Below are positions 1 through 13,200 of a DNA stretch of 64,000 nt, in pieces; within the stretch, counting starts at the first letter, position 1; each line of letters starts with the position of its first letter. The stretch comes from Guillardia theta CCMP2712 (Eukaryota; Protista; Cryptophyta): positions 124,001 to 188,000 of the forward strand of contig NW_005434649.1 in the NCBI RefSeq assembly GCF_000315625.1, written 5' to 3'. The notes beneath the pieces were generated by a model. That model did not search any database. It was not told the DNA's origin and was given only the letters and a program-made list of their open reading frames with translations. A program made the translations under genes and the position numbers.

Positions 1-1297
1 GTAGGTTACACATTCCAAGCCCAACCATGGCTTGTTACCTTGAGTAGAGAAGAATCGATAGAACTCCCACTTGTCGCAAAAGTCCTTGAGCCCCATGTTG
101 GGCGGGGCATGACGACGTGAACGAAGGCAGTGAAGGCATGGTACTGAAAGCCCTTCAAACTCTTTACGGAAAGCATCCTGTCGCCAAATTTTCTATCAAA
201 AAAAAAACATTTTTGCAGTATGTGCATCATAAACCTCCAAAGGCTTACCTGAATTTCCTGTCGGTGACAATTCGATCGACCAGCCCTCCAATAATCTACA
301 ACAACCATCAGCACAAGTTTTCACCAACACACTGAGAATGATCAAATTCGATCGAAAAAATTCTTTTCATTACAATATATCTCATTGAAGAGTACTACAA
401 AGGCAACATGCCAATTTCCGAAATTTTGATTCAATTTCCTGATCCTGACATATTGGTACAAACTACAAAATCTTCTCACCATTAAAATGCACATTTTCGC
501 CTTATCCCCACACACATACAAAGTGCAACCCCTCTCCAGATTCAAGGGAAACCTTTGCTCTCTACAAGCTTCTGCAGGCATCCAGGTCTTGCATCTAGAG
601 CATCCATGTAATCTACCATGTTCTAATGCAAGAGCTGCATGGAGGAGGGCGGAGAAGACTAGCAGAGGCTCGGGCGAAGTTCCCAACTCCGCCCTGTTGC
701 ATTGTGCAAGGGGTACAGAAGGCTAGGATCACGAACGGGTACAGGTATCTTCCGGTCCAAAAGGGGGGTACGGGGGTACTCGGAGGATCTCAAACATTGG
801 TGGTCTACCATCTTCTGCGGATCTCTTTGATTGATCGGGTGGAGGGGTGATATATGATACTCTAAGGGTAGTGAGAGACAAGGGGGGTGGGGTAGTTTGA
901 CGCTTGTCCTTTCCCGCTTGAGGGCGTCATGGAGCGAGGGAAGAAGGCTGGCAGGAGCCGCGGGGAGGTAGAGAGAGGAAGAGACGGTGCAACAGACGCT
1001 GGCGAGTGCGGGCATCCTTCCTGTCCAGATCTTCTGGAGGAGGAGCAGGCCGCGGTCTGCCCTCTGCTTCTGGAAGAAGCTGGGCATGCGCGGGGCAACG
1101 ACGCTGTTGATGTTCATGGAGGGATCCGAGATGATGGGAGGGATAAGGACGTACGGGGAGGAAAAACAACTCAGTCTCGATTTGACTGTAGCTTCTCCTA
1201 TCTTCTGCATTTTGCATCTGTTATTTTTTCAGGCAGCGGGACTCAAACTTCGAATTGTCGATACATTCTCAGCCATCTCAGACTTGCTCTGGATGGG

Positions 1298-4200
1298 ATG
1301 AGCGGCGTTTTGTATTCTTTCGTTCTCAGTCTCGATAGCAGGCGAGCTCAACGGTCATGTGTTCAACCGCTCAGCCTCAACGTGTTCCTCTGCTCCATCG
1401 TGATGTTGAACATTTTCGCTACAACTCTTGCATCTACCAGCTCAATGTTCCCTGATACTAATGTTTCATGTTGCAATCGAGATGTTGTTCTGAATTCGAG
1501 AGCACCTTTGCTCTGGTCATATGTTTCGGAAGGATCTTGGTACTCACATTATTGTGGTTCAATGGATTTGTCTTATGTAATCTCTGGGATCCCTCCGCGC
1601 TACTACGTCACGCAATGGCGAGGTATTTTGATTTGCTCTTTGTCAAGTTCGATTCTGACTCTTGTTTGCCAGCGCGGGTCGGGGGAACGTTTCGTGGCCC
1701 AACTGATCTAGAGCGCAAGGCTAGAATCTTGAGGGCCCAGGATCCCCTATCAGCATCCAGCCTACCTACACTTTTGGGCGAATCAGTCAAATTTGACGGC
1801 TTCGATGATTTTCTCTTGCTGGATCAAGCTGCCTCCTTGGACAACCTGACGTCCAGCATGACTCTAGTGGTTGCCTTTGCTGTCGATGGGGAGTTGACTA
1901 AAAGCTCTTGGATCCTCAGCACAAACGACCTCGAGTCGCCCTACCCTGTCGGACCCAAGGGGTTCGGACTATACCTTGATGAGTTTGGTGCCCTACGGCC
2001 CATGGTTGGCTCTGAAAACCGATACATCTCCAAGTCTAAGATAGGGAGAGGTGTTCACATTGCGACTCTGAGTGCCAGCCCTAGCACCTATCAGATGTGG
2101 GTCAATTCTAGTCTCGAATTCTCCAAGTCAAACGGGGGCCCGCGCTCGATGAACAGCGAGGTCTCGGCAGCAGGAAATGAAATCTTGAACTCCGTAAAGA
2201 CACTGGTCCTGGGGGCGGGAGCGACTGCTGGGCAGATGGATGAATTCTTCTCAGGTTCTCTGATGGAGGTTGTCGTCTACAACGAGGTGTTGAGCGACGT
2301 GGATCGTTATCACGCCGAAAGACTGCTCTGCCTGAGGTGGCAGGATTGCGAGCCAGCTCCCGGATACATAGTGTGGAAGATGAAGAATGACAGTCTGAGG
2401 CCCTACGGCGGGTTTTACAATGTCGAGATGCATCGGACGCAGGGCACGGATGGCAGAGTCGAGGTGCGAGTAGACCTTGCTAACTTACAGAACATGGCTG
2501 AGAACATTGATTTCTCCATCGATCCAAAGGCTCTGCTTGTATCATGGGAACATGGAGACTCATCTCCAAAGTTTCTTCCCATTCTTATCAAGGAAAAAAT
2601 CACTGCTCCGATTTCGAAAAGTATGTCACTGTCAATGACGGTAGTCTGCAGTACCTTTGCCGGGGTCCAGTCTACTACGGACAAGTTTGAACTCACGTTA
2701 GATCCAGGCCCAAACTTGACTTGGACCTCAGCTGCTCCTCTGCAGGGAAACTTTACCGGAGGAGCTGTGATTGAGTTTCACGTCGTGGGGTCAGGATTAC
2801 AACACTTCAATTATTCATGTAGATTTTTGCAGACTTCTACAGACACTCAACTGTACAGCACGTGTATGCAGACCATTCCTGCAGAGCTGGTGTCTTTGAA
2901 TGTAGTGCAATGCGTAGCACCGTATTGGAGGTGTGAAGGCAGTGTGGTCAAGCTCGGGCTGCTGAGAAATGGACAGATAGGCGATGAAAACTGTACTCGG
3001 TCGATCCCAGAGGCACAGGCACCTGTCGAGAGGGTTTTGCGATCGATCATCCCATCTTTCCAAGAATCTCAAGCCGTGTACTACAACTTTGTGTACAGAT
3101 GCAGCGTTCCTCCATGGGTTCCCGTGTATGTTGAGAGCCAGGCCGTGAACAGAAACTTTCTCATCGTCGAGCCTGTCCCTGTCTACGTACAACCAAACAA
3201 CGCTCCTGCGCTGGGGGGTGTCAATATCACCATCATAGGATCTCGTTTCGGCTTGGAGGATTCATCTCCTATCATCGCTGTAGGCGACCAGCCTTGCGCA
3301 ACAACCGAATGGACGTCAGTCAGCAGCATACTTTGTCAACTTCGGCCAGGGGTTGACAGCGACTTGGATGTTAAATGGATGGTTGCGCAAGACGATGACA
3401 ATCTAGTTCGAGTGGCTCGGTCGACACTGTCCGGGTCTTTCTCTTATGATTTACCTCAAATCTCGCAGATCACTCCTTTCCTTCTAGACCAGTCTTCGGG
3501 GAGCGAAGTTGTGACCCTGCTCGGGATCAACTTTGGAGACATTGACAGGAAGCCGACGGTGCGCTTCGAAAAATCTCAATGTGGATCAGTTCAGTGGACT
3601 TCGGACAGCAGCATTACTTGCCAACCGCTCCAGGGGTTTGGCGGAGTCAACCTGATCAATTTGAATTTCAGCAAAACAAATGTCAACCTGACTTGGTCCC
3701 CGGGTTTTGTCATCTTCGGTTTCTTACCATGCGTAGCTGTGCATGGACTGGAGCCCCTCGGAAACTCAAGTTTGCCTCTCCTGAGTGAAGGGAACGAAGA
3801 CATTGCCATCTTCGGTAGCAACTTTCCTGACGTGAACCAGTCGGGAGACTTTTGGCTTCAAATCGGCAACTCAGTTGCAGAGATCACTCAGTACGAATCC
3901 TCTAGCAGCTTGCGCGTCAGGAGCCCAGCCGGGGCCGGTAAAGACCTTCCAGTGATCTTCGTGAACAACGGATTGTGGTCGAGCACGAATGTCACAGTCT
4001 CCTTCAAGGCTCCTAACATCACCTCCGTCAAACCGTCCAATGCTCCTGCTCATGTTGCTGATGCATGGATTACAATATTCGGATCCAACTTCGGCCCGGC
4101 GGAAGAAATCTCTGGACCCTACGGGATGGGAGCTATCAACGATCCTCACCCCAGGAACGAGACTTGTCCGATCCTTATTTCACCAACTGTCACGACCGAG

Positions 4201-7200
4201 AACCTGGGTCAGTCGATCACCATCGGCTCGACCTCTTGCTCGAGCGTCCACCATGTTTCATCCACTTCGTTGATTTGCAGATTGTCGAATGGGACAGGCT
4301 CCAACCTCAAATTGACCCTTGAGCTCAACGGATATCAGGCTGACTATCACACGTTTCAGTATGACTATCCAGAGTTGACTATGATATCGCCAGCGAATGT
4401 CCCTCCTTCCAATGACGTCGTCTCAGTCCTGACTGTCTATGGCAAGAACTTCGGAGTCGAGCCATGCTCGGGAACCTGTTCACTTAATATCTCGATCGAG
4501 ACGAGTTGCGGCGAGACCACTTGGATATCTGATTCATCGTTGCTCTGCAAGGGACCCTTCGTATCTAGTACCAACTCCACCTTCATACAGGGAGTAGGGT
4601 CTCACAGGGTACAAGGAGAGGCCAAGTTCTCTGATGGGGCAGCGGAAGTTGTTTCTAACATCTCCTTTCACTTCGACGCTCCAGTCCTCACCAGCCTTTC
4701 ACCCTACGAGGTACCGTCCACCGGCGTTCAGTTCGTCTCGTTTCTGGGATCAAACTTCGGCCTTGAAGACTTCTCCCCGGTTGCTCGCATTGGATCCTGC
4801 GCCTGCACCTCCACCGAGTTCGTCAGTGACAGCTCGGTCAAGTGCAAGATGCCCCCGTTCTCCTTGTTCATGCACGAGTTCAACAACGCGAGCGTGGAGG
4901 TGGGTGGGGCAGTGAGCAGCAGCACACTGAGGCTCAGGTACCTCTCTAGACCCGTCATCGAGTTTGTGAGGCCCTCCAATTCTCCGAGCACGGGAAAGAA
5001 AGACGTCACAATCTTGGGTTTCAACTTGGGTATCGAAACCGACACTGTCGTAGCCAAGATAGCACAGGCCTCCTGTTTACAGACGGTGTGGCTGTCGACT
5101 ACTTCGCTGGCCTGCTCCACTCCTCCTGGACTAGGAAGAGCAGAATCTGTGGAAGTGATCATTCAGTCCAAGATGGCTACGATCTCTTTGGAGCGAGCAG
5201 GCGCTTTCTCCTACGATTATCCTTACTTAAACTGGACGTCATTGGGCAATGCAGCTCCGAAGGGAGGGCAGGTTGTCCACATTCGTGGTGGAAACTTCGG
5301 TATAGATGGGAGGCGAGGAGGCATCGTAGGTATGATAGACGCGACAAGATGTTTGCAGACAAGCTGGACGTCCGATAGCTCTGTTGACTGTACTCTATCC
5401 CCCGGGATCGGAAACTCAGTGCTATGGTTGAGAGCTTCTTGCGATGACTTCAACGGAGGGACGAGATTCTCCTGCGTTGAAACTCCGCAGGAAGCTCGAG
5501 TTCCGTTGCTGTGGGACAGGCCTGTTTTCTCCGAGTCAACGTACAGCCTCCGGACCGTAGAGCAGGAGTACAACTTCACAGGAAACAACTTCGGGGCCTT
5601 CGACTCAAGCATCTATCTCAAGATAGGAGAGACCAACACTTCGTTCTGCAACTGGTTCTCCGATACCTCCATCTCCTGCACCATACGTGGAGGCCTTGGG
5701 TTGAACAACGCTGAAATCTTCTATGTAGCCCATGATCCCAGCGCTCCGCTCCAATCCTACTCTAACTTGTTCTCTTTCGACAACCCAGTGATCTATAATG
5801 TCTTTCCTGACTTCGGCCCCAACACTGGTGGTCAGACCGTCACCATTAATGGCACCAACTTTTCGCCCTTTGACAATTCTGTGACGATCAAGATCGGCTC
5901 CACCTCATGTAGGTCATCCTCCTGGGTCTCTGATTCTTCTCTCTTCTGCTCGACTCCTGCTGGAGCCTATATACACCGCACGGTCTCCATCGACTTCAAC
6001 GACGGAGTGGCGCGAGCATTTAAGGATCAAGCCTTCAACTACAGTTCCAAGACTTGTGCTGAGATCAAGAAGTACGAGGTCAATGCCAAGGACGGTGACT
6101 ACATGCTCAACTCAAGGCCGACAGTGTGGGACGGGTTTGTAGTCTTCTGCTCCATGATCTACGAGGTGGTTGGCTTGAACAGCTTAGGCTCCATCCGCAC
6201 AGCCCCCACCATCTGGCTTGACGCCTCGTATGAGGCTTACTTCCGCTTCCGCCCCAACGTCTCCGACCTAAACGTCATAGAGTGGAAGTCTAGAGTCGGG
6301 GACGCCATTTTTGAGCCCACCGACGTCAGTTGCCTTCAGCCCCAGCTAGTCAGGAGCGACCAGACGTGGACGAAACGAGCTGGGAACGTCGACGGGACCC
6401 TGCAAGGGTTCGATCTTGTCAACCCTGGCATGGTCGCGTTTGAGGGGATCAACTCTTCCCTTCACAGCCCCATCAACTCCTCGGACTACAGCAGCAGCCT
6501 CACTGTCTTCATCGCCTTCACTCGCCTCGGCTCTGGATTTCTCCTCAGCAACAACCAGAAGAGTCCGCTGTCGGGGTTTGGAGTCTACGTGGAAAAGGAG
6601 GGCAGCATCAGACCTATATTGAGCTCGGAAGTCCGGTACGTTTCGGCGGCTCGGCTACAGGAGAACAAGTTGCACATCGTGAGCCTGGTTGCTGACACGT
6701 CTCAGTCGAAGTTGTGGATCGATTCAGAGCTTAGCCTTGGATATCAGAAGTTCCTCTGCAAGGACAGCCCGTCGGGCATCTTCGTCAAAAATGCGCAGTG
6801 TGTCAGCGCCACCAACTTCTATGCATGCCTGAAGCCAGAGTATCAGCAGCCAGAGCAGTCCCTCCTCTCGGGATCGTCGATGCACTATGACATCACATCC
6901 AACCTCGAACTCAATCAAGACCTTGAAGCTCTTGGGAATTTACAGTTCATCTGGAAGTCTACAGTCGGAACGCACAAGATTGTCGGCGTTGTAGCTAAAG
7001 ACAAGTTTACAGTCGAAGTTCCTGCCCTCACGCTAAATTGCTCTTTCTTCAACCAAGTCGCTGGAAACAGCTTCGCAGACTTCACCATTTTCGCCGTTTT
7101 CCAAACGACCCGCCTTGTGAACGAAGACTTCCCTAGGATCTTGTCCCGCATCCTGTACGGCGGGAATGTTTCGCAGACAGTGGCAACTTGCAGAATCAAC

Positions 7201-10200
7201 GGAGAGAACTGCAGCTCTAGCAACGCCACTGGCACGGTTGTGCTCTCATCGACTATCCAAGGTCAAGTCGCTGATGAATGCAACGGAGACTGTGCGTGTC
7301 TGGTGGCAACAGCATGCGAGGGCTGTGAGATCGAGATATCCGAGTTACTTGTGTGGGACTCCCTCATGGCTCAGCGGGACATCCTGCAGGTTGAAGACTT
7401 TCTGATGGCAAAGTACCTGGTCAACAGTCCCTGCCAGGAGAGCGGAGTTGAGCTTGTTGATGGCTCAAACGGACTTGACTTGGGGACATTTCCTGGTCAC
7501 ATAATCAACGCTGGGTCTGACTCCGGCTTCTTCAAGGGAGACATCGCAGAAGTCTTGATCTTCAACAGCTCCCTGTCGGATGCTGACAGGTTGGACGTCG
7601 AGCGCAGCATGTGCCTGCGTTGGAAGCAGAGCTGTGCTTACGTGACGATCGAAATGTCGATCGCTGGTCTGTATAAGGACTTCCTGGGCCTGAAGACTGC
7701 TCTGCAGCAGCTGGTCACCAACGAGCTTTCCCAGCACTTCAACTTCGATCACGTGATCGTTACAGCATCGCAGTCCAGCGGCAGCCAAACAAGCAGCAGG
7801 AGACTCTTGCAGACTACAGCAACCCAGTACTACATCACCTTCAAGATCATCGGGCTCAGCGACGGGCAGGCGGCCAACATGACCACAGCTCTCGAATCCT
7901 CCTTGTTCTCTAGCATCGCAGAGAGCATCTTGAAGGAACTCAGTTTTGACGTGCAGCTGCTCCCTCCAGTCTCCAGTGGTGGATACATCAGCACTGGCAA
8001 GGCTAACTTCACCCCAGCTGAGGTCAGGACGTATGAAAGCTCGATCTTCAACAACACTTACCAGCCGGAGGTGGTGAGAATCAAAGTGAACCGTGTGGAA
8101 GGGACGGACGGGACGGTTATTCTAGACTACTCGACCGTCAATGGGACTGCCATGGCAGGCCGTGACTATGTTGCTTCTTCAGGAAGTTTGATCTGGGGCC
8201 ATGGTAACAAAGACGAGAAGACGATTGAGGTCACGGTGATCGATAACGAAGTGTTTCAGCCCGGGGCCCGGAACTTCTCATTGAAGTTCCGGGTCACTTA
8301 CTCTCAGTTCGGATCTTTCCAGTTCGTGGGCTCACCCCAGGTGACGGTCGAGCTGAGAGACAACTCGCTCAGCCCCGAGCCCTTCTGGGAGGACGTGGTT
8401 TCTGAAGCTGGCAGCGGGTCGTACCTGGGGCCGGTGGGAGGGAGCTTCGCGATCATCGTCCGGGGGCAGAACTTTCCAAACCGCTCAGACTATCACTGCG
8501 TCGTTTACACCTCGTGCTGGACCTCGTCTGCCAGCATCACCTGGATGGACTATGAGACACGCACGATGATGTGCGGGATCGAGTCCACCGAGCCCGCTGA
8601 GTTCCTCAATTCCAGCAGCGTTCGGTGCATTGTCCCTCCCTGGACTCCCCCGTACAGTGATGAAGAGGAGGTCATGCTGAGGCTTGGGGTGGGATCAAGC
8701 ATCGGGGAGGGGATCGACAGAGTTTCGGGGACGTTCAAGTTCAAGTTCAAGTTCCCGCACGTCCTCGCCATCTTCCCCAACCACTCGCCGACGTTCCCAG
8801 CGGCTGACTACTCGATCACTGTAGCTGGCGACAACTTCGGATACTCCGAGACGCAAGTCTCGTTCTTTATCGGGGAGAGCTCTGTGCTGAACGCGCTCTG
8901 GGTGTCTGACACGAGTGTGAAGGTCAGCGGTTTGCCGAGTGGGTCGGGAAAACTCCTTGACGTGAGGATGGTCATCTGGGATCAGAACGCGACCGCGTCT
9001 TCCCTGTTCTCCTACAACGCGCCTGTTGTCAACAGCACTGTCAGGGATCTTGGGGACTGCAGCGAGCTCAATCTAACAGTCGTGGGTGTCAACTTCGGGA
9101 CCACGGCAGATCTGCCGCGAGACGTCAAGATTGACAACTCCACCTGTTCGCGGCTGTCATGGACGTCAGACTCCCAGATTGAATGCGTCACCGATGTTCA
9201 AGCTCGAGCAACGAGAGCAGATGCTGGGAGAAGGACGAGCATTGCGATGACAGTGGATGGAGTGGTTGGAAACACTGAAGGCATCTTCCAGTTCCGTCAA
9301 GTCCCCAACATCTCAGCCATCTCGCCAGCTAACGGCCCTGTCCTTGACAACCTTCGAAATCTCACAGTCTACGGGAGCAGCTTCGGGAGGCAAGACAACT
9401 TCTCCTACATCTCTGCCCAAGACAAGGTCTGTACAGATCAGCTGTGGATTTCTCTCACGTCCATCACTTGCAACTGTGAATTCACCGGCTTCGAACCGAT
9501 CAACCTCCACATCACTGATCCCCTCTACGGTGACTTCCCCTCATCCGTCGAGGTTGCCTTCGACCCCCCACACGTGACTGCCGTCCCTTACACTGTCCCT
9601 TCGGATCGCAGCAGCAACCTGACCGTCTTGGGCCTCAACTTCGGCAACTACCAGCAACCGCCCTCCTGCTTCTTCCGAGGTTTACCCACTGAAATCTACT
9701 GGCAGAGCGACTCTTCGTTGATGTGTACGGTCCCACCGGAGGACGAAGGGCTGCCGATCCTCTCCTTGAACAACCAGGAGAACTTCTCCTTTTCCTATTC
9801 TCCCGCTTGCGTCACCCGAGTCAACCCCTCCTCCGTCCCTACATTGGGAGGAGGGGTCGTCCTGTACGGGAAGAACTTCGGCATCGTGGACCTGGGCGTA
9901 GAAGTTATGGTAGGAGATAGAGTCTGCACCAACACCGAGTGGACTAGTGACTCCTCCCTTTCCTGCTCGGTCCCAGCTGAGGAGACGAGCTGGAAGTTGC
10001 CGGTGACGGTTGTCAAGAAGAACATCACGGGGGTCTGCAACGACACGTACGTTATCTACAGTAACATGAACCTGACCAGCATCCTGCCCGCCGAGGGCCC
10101 AGCTGAACGCGGGGGAAATGTCACTGTCCTGGGGAGCAACTTTGGGGCCTCGAGCCCCGACAGGGTGACCGTCTCTTTTGTAGACTCTCCTTGTCAACAA

Positions 10201-13200
10201 ACGAAGTGGATCTCCGACTCGAGCGTCCTTTGCGAGGGGGGCCCGGTGATCAGCTGTGACACAGTGTCGGGCTACAGTTGCAACCTTCCTCTCAAGGTCA
10301 ACCTGACCATGTACTCTGCTTCGCGCTCCACCAGCGGCTTCTACGAGTACTCAGTTGGATCGCCCTCCCTGATCGGAATCACGACGGATGAAAACTCCCA
10401 GATCCTGCACGAGGCCTACGACCTCCCGTCTGACGTCGTGCTGCTCAAGGCCAACGGTAAGACTACCATCGCCATGGAGTTTGAGCACTGGTGCCTGTGT
10501 CAGAACGAGACCCTCAGGGTACTGCAGTCGTCTGATTGCTCGCCTTACGATGTTTCCTCGCGACAGGTCACTTGTGTCATTGAGCCGTTGGTAGCAGAAG
10601 CTCAGTATGGCTGCCTCCTGCCTATCAACATGACTTTGACCCAGAACAACCAGACGTTTCCTGCAGGACCGATCAAGTCTGTCTATGTTAAAATCCCTAC
10701 AGTCCTGAACATGACACCTTCCATTCTTCCACGGAAGCTTGATGTCAACGTCACCATCACCGGAAGCTGTTTTGGACTGAATGATCTTTCTCCTACAGTT
10801 TCTCTCGGAGCGACTCAGTTCGTAACTACTTGGGTTTCATCATCGTCTATCATCGCCTCCCTCTCGCCCCAGACAGGTATCCCGAGCAAAGACCGCCTCT
10901 CGCTGGGCTTCAAGGGACTCTCTGCAAGCGAAAGTGTCGATGTTCCCTTTAGTTACTTCTCCCCAACAGTTACCAGCTTGTCAAACTCTCGAGGACCAGT
11001 CACCGGCGGCAGTCTTATCTCGATCTATGGTAACGATTTTGCACCAGAAGATGCGAACTACTCGATCCAAGTGGGCAATGTCTCTTGTGTTCTTGTGAAG
11101 TACGAAAGCCCTTCGATCTTAACGTGTCAGATTCCTCCTATGGCTTCGTACCCTCTGACCAAATTGATGCATTTCACCTACAACGAAGTAGCCATCAGCT
11201 CGACATCAGATCTGTCCTTCGCTTACTTTGAGATCTTGTCACTTCGCTTCTGGAAGACGAGCAGCTATCTCTGCGAAGGCGGTTGCTGGTTGTCAATCTA
11301 TGGCGACAAATTCAACGGAGCTCCGATCGATCTTGTGCGAGTTGGAGACTTGACATGCACGGACATCAACGTCATCTCAGCCAACTCCTTGCGATGCTTG
11401 CTTCCAGCCAACCAGCTCGTCTTGGAGGATATCACGGTCCACTACGTCGATCGGAGTGCTGTGCTGCCAATGTCGTACTCCTCCTTGCCTGACTGGAACA
11501 TCCAGCTGGGGATCTGCTCGACCCCTCTTGCCTGGTTCAGCTCCAAGGACTTCCTGATCGAGGAGCAGGCGGTACTTTCCATGACGAGCCGATGGGTCTC
11601 GAGCACCGGCGAGGCGACGGCACCAAACGCGCTGACCGGAGGCTTCAAGTCGAACCCAACGTGCGGGAACGGCGAGGCTTGTGTGGAGGCTCAGGATGGG
11701 TTCATTTGGGATACCTCAGCGTACCTGGGGAGTTTGACTGGGATGATCGTGTTTGACATTGACGGGATATCAGATGACAACGTGACTGTTGCCATGACAT
11801 TTACCAGCCCTCAAAGTCAAAAAATGGAAATCGCGACCTTGAGGATCTCGGGCAACAACCAGATGGTCTTGTCTGCTGCAGATCTTTCATGGAACTTCAA
11901 TGGCCCTTCCTCCTCATTGCTGCTCAGTTTCAGACTTAGTGGCAGTGCTTGCAAAGTTGGTATCAACACACAGATTCAGTCCTTCCCTTGCCCACCTGGC
12001 TTTCCACCTGTAACTTCCCTTCAGTTCTCAATCATTGAGACGACTTGTACGCAGAACTGCAAGCTGAGACTGTACCAAGTCGCGATGTTTGACGTCCTCG
12101 ATGACTATCAACTCAACAAGGTTGTCAAAGCTTTGTCGCTTCAGCATTCTGCGATCGATGAAAGCTCAGCTCAAGCAGGGAACGTTACGTTTGACACAGA
12201 CTCCCTCAATGTGGTGGCAGGGCAACTATTTCAGGTTGCGGGGAGGAGAAGCGGACAGAGCGACGGCTGGTCGCTCGCCTACATCACGTCAAACTTCGCC
12301 GGGGAGATGGTGGTGGTACAAGAGGGCGAGCAGGTACAACCCTGCAACACAACTCGCCTCGAGATCCTTGTTCCCATGATGGGACCGCAATGTCGCGATC
12401 AGTACATCTGCTGGAACTCCTCTGCCTGCCTTGTCAAGTGGCTATTCTTCCCTTGGGACCCTTCGAACCGCTCTCTCTCTCTCCGCGTCTGCGATGCCGG
12501 GAACGGGACCCTCACGCAGAATCACATCACTATCGAGATCTCTCACCTTGACTCTTCCTATGGAGATCAGCTCGGCCCGAACAGCGCTATCGACATCTTT
12601 GTTGAAGATGTGCTCCTTCATATTATGAAAGAGATCTCCATCGTCGGAAACAACATCCTAGTCTTCGGGCAAGAGTTCCTTCAACACGGATATTACACCA
12701 TCTTCTTCACCTACGACTGCCCTTACAACGAGAGCTCAACCATCGCAATCAACATGACTTGGTCCAACTTCAACACACTCCAACTTCCTCTCGCTGAGCT
12801 AACATCCCGCCTTCCTACCTGTTGCTCTGACCGGGCAAGCGTCGAGGTCAAGTTCTCAGATGCGCAATGGAGCCTTGCGTTGGTTCCTTACAAGCCGAGC
12901 TCGAACCAAGGAGGATGCGATTTCTCTCTGGAGTTCTGGAGCGTGACTTCAGTGACGTCGGCGTCTGCAGGAGGTCAAGGGGACAATCTGACAGTGACAG
13001 GTCATGGGTTCTCCTCCTCCTCGTCTTACAGCTGCCTGTGGTTTACTGATTCCTCCAACCAAGAGACTTCAGCTCGAACGCTGTCGTCGTCTGCCCTCGA
13101 ATGCGGCATCCCTCCCTGGACTCACACACTGGACGTCAACTTGGAAGTTCAGGTGCGAGATGATTGTAATCGAACAAGAAATCTCACGAGGTACACGCGC

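Noticed and set aside
6-1297. Short overlapping ORFs at the window start
   Set aside because: No motifs or consistent exon chain; probably promoter/UTR, although a small gene near 930-1200 cannot be excluded.
1468-1672. ORF-track N-terminus MLQSRCC... of the giant protein
   Set aside because: Better explained as out-of-frame exon 1 plus intron; the spliced alternative restores the repeat motif.
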